From Pseudomonadales bacterium (lineage in GTDB: Bacteria > Pseudomonadota > Gammaproteobacteria > Pseudomonadales > IMCC2047): a stretch of 64,000 nt of DNA. The notes under the pieces were generated by a model. It saw only the letters and a program-made list of their open reading frames with translations. It did no database searches and was not told the origin of the DNA. The stretch spans positions 129,028 through 193,027 of the forward strand of contig JBALXL010000001.1 in the NCBI GenBank assembly GCA_036960805.1. The letters run 5' to 3'. Below are positions 32,766 to 42,338 of the stretch, piece by piece; position 1 is the first letter of the stretch, and each line of letters starts with the position of its first letter. The translations under genes and the position numbers were made by a program.

Positions 32766-34199
32766 ATGTCTTTTTATTGGTACGATTTTGAAACCTTCGG
32801 CGCAGATCCATTTCGTGATCGCCCCTGTCAATTTGCCGGTATTCGTACCGATGAAAAATTTAACGTTATTGGCGAGCCGGATGTTTTTTTCTGCAAACCT
32901 GCAGATGATGTTTTACCCCATCCAGAAGCCTGTTTGATTACGGGTATTACCCCACAACAGGCATTACGCGAAGGTGTTGTTGAAGCTGAATTTATTGCGC
33001 GTATCCATCAACAATTCGCTGAACCTGGCACCTGTGTAGTCGGCTATAACAGCATTCGTTTTGATGATGAAGTTACTCGCAATACCCTATACCGTAATTT
33101 TTATGATCCCTATGCCCGCGAGTGGCAAAACGGTAATTCACGCTGGGATATTATTGATATGGTGCGCCTGACGCGAGCTTTGCGTCCGGAGGGCATTGTT
33201 TGGCCCGAGCATGAAGATGGCAGCCCAAGCTTCAAACTCGAACATCTGACCGCGGCCAATGGCATTGAGCATGCCTCGGCTCATGATGCTTTGTCTGATG
33301 TGTGGGCGACGATTGAGATGGCTCGCCTGATTAAAAACAAACAACCAAAACTGTACGACTTTGTTTATCAACATCGAGACAAGAGACTGGTCGATCAGCA
33401 GCTTAATTTAGTGGCTAAGAAGCCAGTATTGCATATTTCTTCGATGTATCCAGCTGATCGCGGCTGTGCCGCGATTGTTGTGCCTTTGGCGCGCGATATG
33501 ACTAATAAAAATGCGCTTTATGTGTATGACCTGAGCGTTGATCCTCAGCCGTTACTGGAGCTTGAGCCAGAACAGCTCAGGGAGCGATTGTTTACTCGGC
33601 GTGAGGATTTGCCCGCAGGCGTTGAGCGTGTTCCTATCAAGGCCGTGCATATTAATAAATGCCCTATTGTAGCGCCTGTCAGTGTGGTCACGCCCGAAGT
33701 AGCGGGACGCTTAGGTATTGACCTGCAACAGTGTCGGCTACATCTGGATTTGCTTAAAGAAACGACGGGCTTGGCGCAAAAGATTCAGGCGATATTTGAG
33801 GGGCGTGAATTTGAAGCGGCGAGTGACCCTGATATCGCGATCTACAGCGGTGGGTTTTTTAGTAGCCACGACCGACAGCTGATGGATGAGTTACGCCATC
33901 TGACGCCAGAACAGTTGAGTAATACTCAGCCACCGTTTCATGATGCACGCTTGCCGGAAATGCTGTTTCGCTATCGTGCACGAAATTATCCGCAGTCACT
34001 GACGGCGGATGAACAACAGCAATGGCAGGAGTTTCGTCATCATCGTTTGATACAAGATGAAGATGCTGCGCTGACATTGCCAAGTTACTTTGAATATCTT
34101 GATAAGCTGCTTACTGACACTGAGTTGTCGGTAGAAAAGCGCGATGTACTGCTGCAGTTGCAGCAGTATGGGCAGGGGTTAGAAGCCAGTTTAATGTGA
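32766..34199 (+). CDS. sbcB: Exodeoxyribonuclease I
   Basis: DFETFG, GYNSIRFDDE, HDALSDV (DEDDh family). Confidence 0.97.
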   Translation: MSFYWYDFETFGADPFRDRPCQFAGIRTDEKFNVIGEPDVFFCKPADDVLPHPEACLITGITPQQALREGVVEAEFIARIHQQFAEPGTCVVGYNSIRFDDEVTRNTLYRNFYDPYAREWQNGNSRWDIIDMVRLTRALRPEGIVWPEHEDGSPSFKLEHLTAANGIEHASAHDALSDVWATIEMARLIKNKQPKLYDFVYQHRDKRLVDQQLNLVAKKPVLHISSMYPADRGCAAIVVPLARDMTNKNALYVYDLSVDPQPLLELEPEQLRERLFTRREDLPAGVERVPIKAVHINKCPIVAPVSVVTPEVAGRLGIDLQQCRLHLDLLKETTGLAQKIQAIFEGREFEAASDPDIAIYSGGFFSSHDRQLMDELRHLTPEQLSNTQPPFHDARLPEMLFRYRARNYPQSLTADEQQQWQEFRHHRLIQDEDAALTLPSYFEYLDKLLTDTELSVEKRDVLLQLQQYGQGLEASLM

Positions 34200-34231
34200 T
34201 CTTAAGCGTTAACCTCGAACAAGCCCTTTCT

Positions 34232-37120
34232 CTACTCTACATAAGCCTTGTTCAATTGTGACAGTTCGCCTCTGCTGATGAGTTGGTAATCGTCAGTAAT
34301 GGGCGTGTTGCCCGCGTTACCTACCGCCATGATGGTGAGTTGGCGTGGTTGTTTAATAATGTCCTGCAAATAGCTCTCTTGAATTGTCTTCAGATCAACG
34401 GCTTCAATAGCAGTGGCTAGCTGTTCACGTGTATTAAAACGGAAGTTGCTACGGTCTATTTCATTCCAGTAACGGTTGCTGCGCTCGGTGATACGCGAGT
34501 CCTTTTTTATTAGTCGTCCAATCAATGCTTTTTTATGTGTTGCCAAAGTGGCTTCGTCCATGTTGTTGAGGGTGCCGGAAAAGCCGGTTAAAAAAACATC
34601 CATGGCACTGACAATATCGGAAGCGGAAGTACTGGGTGATTGCACGGTGAAACTCAATGCAGGCACGTCGATCAATGTCATCGGGCTGCTGAAGACGATA
34701 TAACCCAGTTGCTGGCGAGTTCGCAGCTCGTGGTAGAAGGGTGTTGATAAGATTTGGTTGAGTAACCCAAAACGCGCGCGCGTCTCAATGCTTTTATTTT
34801 CGCCCTGTATATAAAGTGTGGCGGCGTTATCTGTGTGAGGCACGTCAAATTGGTAGAGTAGTTTTTGCTCCGCTGACAGTTTATTGATATCAGGTCTAGT
34901 TACTTTAACGGCATGGCTGTATCCCTTCAGCTGTCGGGCAATTTGATCGGTCATCGCGACAGCAGAACCGGCGCTGATATTGCCGTTGGCAAGCACCTCA
35001 ATATTCAGTTGAGCTAGAAAATCGTCAGCAAATTGCTGCAGGTCGTTAGTCTGAATGGGTTCTAGTGCGCTAATTAATTGTGATTCTGTCCAGCTGGGCT
35101 TGGTCACCAATTTTGAGGTGCGGGCGAGGCTCTGCTGATACGGTTTTTGTTGTAAGGCATTTTGCCAGCCGCGCAGTAATTCATCTTTGTGACGCAGGAA
35201 GGTTGCTGCTTTGATATCTGCGTTGTTGAGCGCGCTGAGGATTTCTTCCAATAATAGTGGTTGTTTATCCTGATAGCCGGAAATACGTACACTGATGCCG
35301 CGCACGTGCGGATAAAGCTGATAACTCAAGCCCGCTAATGCTGCGGGATAGCTGAACTCGTTCAGGCGTTCGTTAACGGTTTTTACATATAGGCTCGTTA
35401 GTGCCACGTTCAGAGCAGATTGATTTGCCATTGGCGAACGTAACGTGAAGTAGACATCGGCCTTAGGTGTTTTGAAACTGGTATCAAGACTATGCCATGT
35501 GACAATGCCGGACTCTGTCAGCAGTTGTTGAGGATTGGCTGTAGCGTCATAAGGTGCTTTGATAATGCTCAGCTGATTTGGAATAAACGGGTTGGCTGCG
35601 GGCAACTTAATCGCTGGGTTAAGTGTTGGGTTTTGCCACAGGGAAATCTGCTCGTCAGAAATGTCAGCGACGGCATAGGGGGCGTTGAAATGCTCGCTGT
35701 GTTGATCAACCGATAAGCCTTTTCCTACCACCATCATCAACATATTGTTCGGTCGCAGTGCTTTCAGATACTCGCTAAGCAGTGCTGGTTTGTATTGGGT
35801 CATTTGATACGGAGCACTTAATACCTGTGTGGCAGGAACCTGTTTTAAATGGCTAGCCAGGCGTGTCACGTAATGCATGTTATTGCCGTTTTCCTGGAAT
35901 TCAAATGCCAGTTTGGCGAGTTGCGCCTGCTCATCAAAACGCCACTCTTGCAGACCTTGCTGTTTGGTTAACTCGATGCTCTGAAACAGCGCGCGGGTAA
36001 TAGCGTCGGTATTTTTTAGCCCTGATTCGGTTAAACCAATGCTGATATTCAAACTGGCCTGTTGATTGTCTTCAAAGCCCATACCTGCGCTTAAACTATC
36101 TGCCCAGCCCTGGTTTTTCAGGTAAGACAATAAACTGCCTTCGCCTTCGTGGCCCAGTAGGTTACTGATGTAATTAACGGGTTTGCTGTCGATGTGAGCA
36201 CGAGTGCTGGCGATGGGGAAGTAGTAGCTCAATTGGCGCAGGTTTTTATTGGGGATGGTGCTGACGCGCAGAGGTAGTTGCTGTTTTTTAAATAGCGGTT
36301 GTTTGAAGTCGGAGGCAGGGCTGTTGTGGTTTGCCACTGCAGCAAATTTTTCACTCACCAGTTGACGTAATTCGCTAACAGACTGCTTGCCTAGCACGAC
36401 CAGTGACATGCGGTTGGCGGAATAATGCTGTTGATAGAAAACCAGTAAGTCGTTACGTACGGGTTTGTTTTCGTGATCTGCCAGGGTGTCTAGGCTGCCA
36501 ACAGAAAATTGAGAAAAAGGATGTTCCGGATTGCCGATGGCTTTGAGTACGTCGTATTGCAGGCGGCTGTCATCTTTGATCTTGGCTTGGTATTCAGAAT
36601 GCACGGCGTGTTTTTCGCGCTCTACATACTGGGCGTCAAATAACGGAGCGATAAAAAATTGTGCAAATTGATCCAAGGTAGGTTCAAGGTCATCGATATT
36701 CACATCAAAAAAATAATTGGTTTCGTCGAAGGAAGTATAGGCATTGTGTGAGCCGCCGTGTTGGCTGATGAACTCTTGGTAGGCGCCCGCTTTGGGGTAT
36801 TTTTCTGTACCTAGGAACAGCATGTGCTCAAGAAAGTGCGCCAATCCTTCGCGGTCTTTCGGATCTGAGCCGCTACCCACAGCAACACTCAACGAGGCGG
36901 CGGCTTTGTCGGCTTCGGGATCGGAAATCACCAATACTTGTAACTTATTTTCTAGCTCAAAAGCCAAGTATTCACGGTTGTCGGTGGGACTTTTGATGAT
37001 GTCGTTGCTGACATCTTCCGTTGTGTTGTAGGTGTCGAGTGTTGTGGTGCAGGCGGCCAGTGTAATGGCTACGCAAAGTGACATTGAAAGTTGTAACAAT
37101 CGAGAAGATAGCTTGGGCAC
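34232..37120 (-). CDS. M16 (insulinase/pitrilysin) zinc protease, probable lipoprotein
   Basis: GLAHFLEHMLFLG inverted zinc motif, NAYT, ELRTRQQLGY; lipobox LAAC. Confidence 0.92.
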   Translation of the reverse strand: MPKLSSRLLQLSMSLCVAITLAACTTTLDTYNTTEDVSNDIIKSPTDNREYLAFELENKLQVLVISDPEADKAAASLSVAVGSGSDPKDREGLAHFLEHMLFLGTEKYPKAGAYQEFISQHGGSHNAYTSFDETNYFFDVNIDDLEPTLDQFAQFFIAPLFDAQYVEREKHAVHSEYQAKIKDDSRLQYDVLKAIGNPEHPFSQFSVGSLDTLADHENKPVRNDLLVFYQQHYSANRMSLVVLGKQSVSELRQLVSEKFAAVANHNSPASDFKQPLFKKQQLPLRVSTIPNKNLRQLSYYFPIASTRAHIDSKPVNYISNLLGHEGEGSLLSYLKNQGWADSLSAGMGFEDNQQASLNISIGLTESGLKNTDAITRALFQSIELTKQQGLQEWRFDEQAQLAKLAFEFQENGNNMHYVTRLASHLKQVPATQVLSAPYQMTQYKPALLSEYLKALRPNNMLMMVVGKGLSVDQHSEHFNAPYAVADISDEQISLWQNPTLNPAIKLPAANPFIPNQLSIIKAPYDATANPQQLLTESGIVTWHSLDTSFKTPKADVYFTLRSPMANQSALNVALTSLYVKTVNERLNEFSYPAALAGLSYQLYPHVRGISVRISGYQDKQPLLLEEILSALNNADIKAATFLRHKDELLRGWQNALQQKPYQQSLARTSKLVTKPSWTESQLISALEPIQTNDLQQFADDFLAQLNIEVLANGNISAGSAVAMTDQIARQLKGYSHAVKVTRPDINKLSAEQKLLYQFDVPHTDNAATLYIQGENKSIETRARFGLLNQILSTPFYHELRTRQQLGYIVFSSPMTLIDVPALSFTVQSPSTSASDIVSAMDVFLTGFSGTLNNMDEATLATHKKALIGRLIKKDSRITERSNRYWNEIDRSNFRFNTREQLATAIEAVDLKTIQESYLQDIIKQPRQLTIMAVGNAGNTPITDDYQLISRGELSQLNKAYVE

Positions 37121-37300
37121 GTAACGGATCCTTGCAATGGTTGAAAAGTCTTTAAAAACAGACAGTCGATTCTAGCTCAGGTTCGATCAGCAGCCCATTA
37201 ATGACGACGTTTTATTGGTTTTTCCCTCAATAAGAGACTTCCACTGACGCGGCACAAGCCTATAATGGGCGGGTTTCCCAAGGCCCTAGTACTATTTAAG

Positions 37301-38131
37301 ATGCTAAAACTTTTATCCAAAATTCCATTGTCGGTTTTATATCTGTTTTCCGGCACGGTGTATTTTCTGCTTTATTACGTTGCGCGTTATCGCCGAAAGG
37401 TGGTGGCCACACATTTGTCGTACGCCTTTCCTGATAAAGACGAGCAGCAGCAAATTGCCATTGCCAAGAGTTTTTATCGTAATCTTGCCGATGTTATTGT
37501 TGAGTCAATTCACTCTGCGAGTATGACGAAGCAGGAGATACAGCAACGAGTCAAAGTTATTAACCCAGAAGTGCTGCAAGCGATTATTGATACAGGTAGT
37601 TCGTTTAACCTGTTGGGCGGACATTGCGCTAATTGGGAATGGTTGTTGTTATCGGCCAGTATTGAAGTGCCGATCAGTATGGATGCGGTTTATAAGCCGT
37701 TACATGCTAAAAGTGCAGACCGGTTTATGTATGAAATGCGAACACGCTTTGGCGCTGATTTAATTAATTTGAAAGACGTTATGACGGAAGTGATAAAACG
37801 CAAAGGTTCGCAGCGCTTTTATTCAATTCTTTCTGATCAACGTCCGCCAACTAAAGGCCGCGCTCATGTGACGCAGTTTTTAAATCGCGAAACGCGCTTT
37901 TTTATAGGCCCTGAAAAAATAGCACAATTTACAAAAATACCGGTGGTGTTCGTAAAAATGACACGCGTTTCGCGGGGCCAATACGAAGTGAGCTTTGAAT
38001 TACTAGCTGAACCGCCTTATAAAAAGACACGTGATACTTATCCGGTGACAGAGTTATATGTGCGTGCGCTTGAAAAGCAAATCATTGAATCGCCTGATAG
38101 CTGGCTATGGAGTAACCGTCGCTGGAAATGA
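37301..38131 (+). CDS. Lipid A late acyltransferase (HtrB/MsbB family)
   Basis: H-x-x-NWE (HCANWE), SDQ, P..WLW..RRWK C-terminus. Confidence 0.88.
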   Translation: MLKLLSKIPLSVLYLFSGTVYFLLYYVARYRRKVVATHLSYAFPDKDEQQQIAIAKSFYRNLADVIVESIHSASMTKQEIQQRVKVINPEVLQAIIDTGSSFNLLGGHCANWEWLLLSASIEVPISMDAVYKPLHAKSADRFMYEMRTRFGADLINLKDVMTEVIKRKGSQRFYSILSDQRPPTKGRAHVTQFLNRETRFFIGPEKIAQFTKIPVVFVKMTRVSRGQYEVSFELLAEPPYKKTRDTYPVTELYVRALEKQIIESPDSWLWSNRRWK

Positions 38132-38210
38132 TGACTAACTAATTGATGGTGGCGTGGTGGCGGGAGTTGCTGAAAATCCAGTTTGATTAAACGGGAACAG
38201 CTGAAAAAGA

Positions 38211-38237
38211 AAAGGGAGGCATAAGCCTCCCTTTTTT
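38211..38237. terminator. Bidirectional terminator between convergent genes
   Basis: AAAGGGAGGC-ATAA-GCCTCCCTTTTTT with A-run upstream. Confidence 0.85.
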
Positions 38238-38304
38238 GTGTCACCGTACTCCTTGGGGGGGGGAGGTGAATGCGGCGACACGGTCAAACGAGAAAATAAT
38301 AACG

Positions 38305-39117
38305 TTATTTTATGACATCAGGATGAAATAACAGCTCACCGTTAACTTTGAAGTTAGCGATAATAGCCTGACCCTCAGCACTGCGAATGTAATCGACATA
38401 GCGTTGCGCCAATTCTGTTTTTACGTGCGGGTGTTTTTTAGGGTTAACCAGAATTACATGGTATGGATTGAGCAGGTTTGGTGCGCCTTCATAAACCACT
38501 TCTAAGTTGATTTTACTTTTGTAAGCCAGATACGTGCCGCGGTCTGTCAGTGTGTATGCACTTTTGTTGTTGCTGATTTGTAATACCGCACCCATGCCTT
38601 GGCCGACGGCTAAATACCAGTCACCTTGTGGTTCGATAGCTGCACTTTTCCAAAGCGTTTTTTCTTTTTTATGAGTACCTGAGTCATCTCCGCGCGATAC
38701 AAATAACGCACCTGACTTGGTGATACGCTGTAACGCCTCATCAAGTGTGGCCGCTGTTTTCATGTCGGCAGGATCAGCCTTGGGGCCAAGTACCACAAAG
38801 TCATTGTGCATGACGGCCAGGCGCTCAACGCCAAAACCTTTAGCAACAAAATCCTTTTCTGCGCCAGGCGCATGCACCATCACCACATCAACGTCACCAT
38901 TTCTGCCCAGGCGTAGTGCTTTACCTGTGCCGACGGCAATGACGTCGACCTTGATGTTGTACTTCTCTTCAAAGGCAGGGTGGAGCACAGCGAGTAGGCC
39001 GGAGTTATCGGTGCTGGTGGTAGTGGCCAAACGCAGGCGCTGGATGTCATCAGCCAGTGATTGTCCTGATATGAATAAGGACAGCGAGAAGGCTATTAGT
39101 AGTTTTAACGTTTTCAT
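38305..39117 (-). CDS. tupA: Tungstate-binding periplasmic protein (TupA-like)
   Basis: Signal peptide; ATTTSTDNSGLL, VGTGKAL, VMHNDF, SRGDDSGTH, DRGT. Confidence 0.9.
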   Translation of the reverse strand: MKTLKLLIAFSLSLFISGQSLADDIQRLRLATTTSTDNSGLLAVLHPAFEEKYNIKVDVIAVGTGKALRLGRNGDVDVVMVHAPGAEKDFVAKGFGVERLAVMHNDFVVLGPKADPADMKTAATLDEALQRITKSGALFVSRGDDSGTHKKEKTLWKSAAIEPQGDWYLAVGQGMGAVLQISNNKSAYTLTDRGTYLAYKSKINLEVVYEGAPNLLNPYHVILVNPKKHPHVKTELAQRYVDYIRSAEGQAIIANFKVNGELLFHPDVIK

Positions 39118-39274
39118 GATTTCATCCTGAAATTAGGCATAAATACACGGAATTGTGGTGTTGATAGCTGATTAATCACGGTGTCACCTCGAACGACTGT
39201 GAGAGATCTTTGTTTGGATTTCTCACATTGTTAGAAATGACCGTGCCGGATTAAAAATAGTTATTGCGAGTTAT

Positions 39275-40600
39275 TTAAAACTCAACCTGTGTTCTGACGA
39301 TGAACGCATCAGGCTCATCACCGGCAGTTGGACCACCGTCGACATCAAGAATGTTGACGTAGTTAGCACTGAAACGGATATTTGATGTTGCGAACCAGTT
39401 CAGGCCCAATGTGACACTATCGGCTTCACCACCGTTGATATCTTGATCGCTTAGATCAAGGTTGCTGAAGCGTGCCGCAATCTGCCAAGCACCATTGTCA
39501 CTTTTTGGTGTGATACGGCCAAAGCTGCCACTAGAGGCTTTATAGTTTTTGGAATCGTCGGTAAGGAATAAACCTGCTTCCACGTAATAACCGCCAAAGC
39601 TTAGGTCGTCGCTGTTAGCGCCTGTTGCTTGGCGATCCACTTCGGTGCGGTAGTACTCACCCTGTACATGGAAAGGGCCGCGGATAAAAGCAGCTTCCAG
39701 CACGGCACGGGTTATGTCGTTGGCATCAAACGAACCGGTATCAACAATACGAGTATCGGTGATATGAGCTTCAGGACGCTCTTTGTAACGCAGCATGTGA
39801 TCGCCACCGACATTGCGATAAGACAAAGCCGCACCTAAATGTAATGTTGCTTCTTCGCTATTAATAGGTGCAACGGTACCTCGTACCGAGGCCCCCCAGC
39901 CTTCATTGTTTTCACCACTGGCTGAACCGTCACGGCCATCGCCAAAGATACCACCGGCGATCATCCAGTTATCGCCGTTACGTTTTGTTTGAATGCCAAT
40001 ATTACGACCTTCAGCAAAAACGTGCGGTAGACCACGTTCGATAAAGGTGGTGTATTTTGAGCTTGTGGTGTTTTGTAAACTGAACGGCTCTTTGGCGTGA
40101 CCAATCCGGATTTTCAGCGGTTTGTAATCTAAGTAGGCATCTTGAATTCCGTCGCTGCCTGTAGCGGTGAAGTCGTATTGAAGCTTGTAGCCCCAGTTTT
40201 TATCTAAATCACCTTTGGCAAATAAACGCGCACGACGAATTTCCGTGCCACTGTTGTGGTCGATGTTGTCTTCGCTAATTGAGCCTGCATCTAGATGAAT
40301 ACGGCCACCCAAGGTAACCGTAGGTTTGCTGCTTTTTACTTTAGCCAGCTTTTGGTCAACCAGCTGATCGACTGATTTTTGTGATTCAGCGACACTGATT
40401 TCTCGTATTTGAGCGCGATTCTCGTCAGCTTCAGCCTGTGCAGCCTGTTTAACTAACTCGTAAGTTGCCTGATCAATGGTGCCATTTTGGTAAAGTGCTT
40501 TTAATAGCTCATTTACCGCTGAATTTGCGGCCATTGCGGAACCTGACGCGCTGATGACCAAACCTGCCAGCAGGCTTTTTCCCAAGGGAGCGTATTTCAT
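39275..40600 (-). CDS. OprO/OprP-family anion-selective porin
   Basis: Signal peptide, EIRRARL, KEPFSL, FIER, YKERPE, LGLNWF, C-terminal Phe. Confidence 0.85.
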   Translation of the reverse strand: MKYAPLGKSLLAGLVISASGSAMAANSAVNELLKALYQNGTIDQATYELVKQAAQAEADENRAQIREISVAESQKSVDQLVDQKLAKVKSSKPTVTLGGRIHLDAGSISEDNIDHNSGTEIRRARLFAKGDLDKNWGYKLQYDFTATGSDGIQDAYLDYKPLKIRIGHAKEPFSLQNTTSSKYTTFIERGLPHVFAEGRNIGIQTKRNGDNWMIAGGIFGDGRDGSASGENNEGWGASVRGTVAPINSEEATLHLGAALSYRNVGGDHMLRYKERPEAHITDTRIVDTGSFDANDITRAVLEAAFIRGPFHVQGEYYRTEVDRQATGANSDDLSFGGYYVEAGLFLTDDSKNYKASSGSFGRITPKSDNGAWQIAARFSNLDLSDQDINGGEADSVTLGLNWFATSNIRFSANYVNILDVDGGPTAGDEPDAFIVRTQVEF

Positions 40601-40698
40601 CTGAACTTTCCTTCTGTATTTAGTGTAAAGTTTTTCATATATATGCCAATTTGGTGCGCATACTAAAGTTTTTTTGATTATTTTAAATAGGCAATTTC

Positions 40699-41766
40699 AT
40701 GCATATATCGTTATCTTTGCGTTGGCAGGTGGAGGCTAAGGAGAATCGAGAAATAGAGCAAAACCTGTTTCTTCTATTGCATGCTGTACGCCGCGATCGT
40801 TCCCTTAAAAAAGCCAGCACAGTACTGGGTTTTTCGTACCGTTATGCGTGGGGATTAGTGAAGGGCTGGGAGCAGACATTTAACACGCCACTGATGATTT
40901 TAGAGCGCGGGCGTGGCGCTCGTTTGAGTCCTTTGGGTGAAAAACTACTCGCCTTTGAACAGCAGGCTATCGATAAAATGAAGCCGGAATTAACTCACCT
41001 GGTCGATGAAATTAATAACGAACTGGCGCTTGAGTTGGGCAGTGTGAATCATGATCGGCTGAGGATGTTTGCCAGTCACGGTATTGTGGTCGCTGAATTT
41101 ATTGATTTGCTCAGTCAGCAACCGGCACTGGACGTTGCCGTTGAAACACGAGGTAGTCTGGATGCTTTGCGATTGTTATCCAGCGGGCAATGTGAAGTGG
41201 CTGGCTTTCATTTTCCTTTGGAGAAGATTAAAGCTGAGTTGGCCCCTCTGTACCGCACCTGGCTTGATCCAAAGCGACACACATTGTTGCTGTTGGCCAC
41301 CCGGGAGCAGGGCTTGATGACAGATAAAGCTAATATCAAAAATATCCGCAATATTAGTGACTTAAACAAGCGTTCAGTACGGTTTGTAAACCGTCAGCGT
41401 GGTTCTGGTACGCGCACAATTTTTGATCATCTACTCGAGATTGATGATGTTTCTAGCCGTGATATTGCCGGTTATGGGCATGAAGAGTTTACCCATCTGG
41501 CTGTCGCAGCGATGATTGCCAGTGGCACGGTTGATGCGGGGCTTGGTATTAAAGCGGCAGCAGAAAAATTTGGTTTGAATTTTATACCACTACTGAGCGA
41601 AGCTTATGTACTGGCTGTTGCCCATGATGAATCCAGCAATCATGTGGCTCGGTTAAAGGCATTACTTAAATCGAAGCAGTTTCATGAGCGCGTTGTTGAT
41701 GTGCCCGGTTACGATACGTCGTCGACTGGACAAGTACTGGATTTTGATGATTTGTTTGCTGATTGA
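40699..41766 (+). CDS. ModE-type wHTH plus periplasmic-binding-fold regulator (FdsR/YvgK-like)
   Basis: SLKKA...GFSYRYAWG, RGRGA; REQGL, FVNRQRGSGTR, THLAVAAMIASG..DAGLG. Confidence 0.82.
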   Translation: MHISLSLRWQVEAKENREIEQNLFLLLHAVRRDRSLKKASTVLGFSYRYAWGLVKGWEQTFNTPLMILERGRGARLSPLGEKLLAFEQQAIDKMKPELTHLVDEINNELALELGSVNHDRLRMFASHGIVVAEFIDLLSQQPALDVAVETRGSLDALRLLSSGQCEVAGFHFPLEKIKAELAPLYRTWLDPKRHTLLLLATREQGLMTDKANIKNIRNISDLNKRSVRFVNRQRGSGTRTIFDHLLEIDDVSSRDIAGYGHEEFTHLAVAAMIASGTVDAGLGIKAAAEKFGLNFIPLLSEAYVLAVAHDESSNHVARLKALLKSKQFHERVVDVPGYDTSSTGQVLDFDDLFAD

Positions 41767-41799
41767 AACCGCTTAGATAAGTTAGTATTTAGTAATTAC

Positions 41800-41826
41800 T
41801 ACAGTTTTCTAAAAGCTGGCCGATAA
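41800..41826 (+). promoter_or_regulatory. Sigma-28 (FliA) promoter
   Basis: TACAGTTT-N11-GCCGATAA versus consensus TAAAGTTT-N11-GCCGATAA (15 of 16). Confidence 0.78.
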
Positions 41827-42002
41827 TAGGGAGCAAAGAAATAAAAAACGCCTAATAAATGAATCTGTTTTCTATTAGATTGATTTTAAAGGTATTTGTG
41901 TTTATAAAATGGAAAGAGGCTGGTTTTAAATCAGTGGAATTTACTGCTGATGATGTTGAGACCACCTGTTTTTGGCTGCGGGAGAGCAGCCGGGAGTAGA
42001 GG

Positions 42003-42329
42003 ATGCTAGATCTTATTCCAATTGGTACGGTTAATCGTACGGCCACTGAAAACAATGCAGTGAAGCGTTCGGACAACATTCAGGAAACGGCGAAAACAGA
42101 GCGTTTCGAGACCGAACAGAAGCAAAAAGTAGAAGAACCACGTCGTCGTTTTAAGAAACGACAGGGTGATCGACGGCGCTCTTTAAGAAGCATGCGTGCA
42201 GGGCGACCGGATCGCCGAGGCAGTGATCGCCGTGACGAAGAGGATGACGCTCTGGAGGTTTCTATGAGCGGAATGAAAAAGCAAAAAAAACCATCTAGAA
42301 AAGGCCGTATTATTGACGAGCGCGCCTAA
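42003..42329 (+). CDS. Hypothetical Arg-rich protein with repeated DRR motifs
   Basis: GAGG RBS; 108 aa; GDRRR, PDRR, SDRR; ends KGRIIDERA; downstream of sigma-28 promoter. Confidence 0.65.
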   Translation: MLDLIPIGTVNRTATENNAVKRSDNIQETAKTERFETEQKQKVEEPRRRFKKRQGDRRRSLRSMRAGRPDRRGSDRRDEEDDALEVSMSGMKKQKKPSRKGRIIDERA

Positions 42330-42338
42330 TTTTAGTCG

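Noticed and set aside
38238-38281. Hairpin containing a G9 run downstream of tupA
   Set aside because: Lies between convergent 3' ends next to a terminator; no coding or promoter effect evident
39118-39274. Moco/Tuco riboswitch upstream of tupA
   Set aside because: Single long hairpin; lacks the multi-stem layout and 3' CCUCCCG..GGAAAGG-type signature as I recall it; an Rfam scan would settle it
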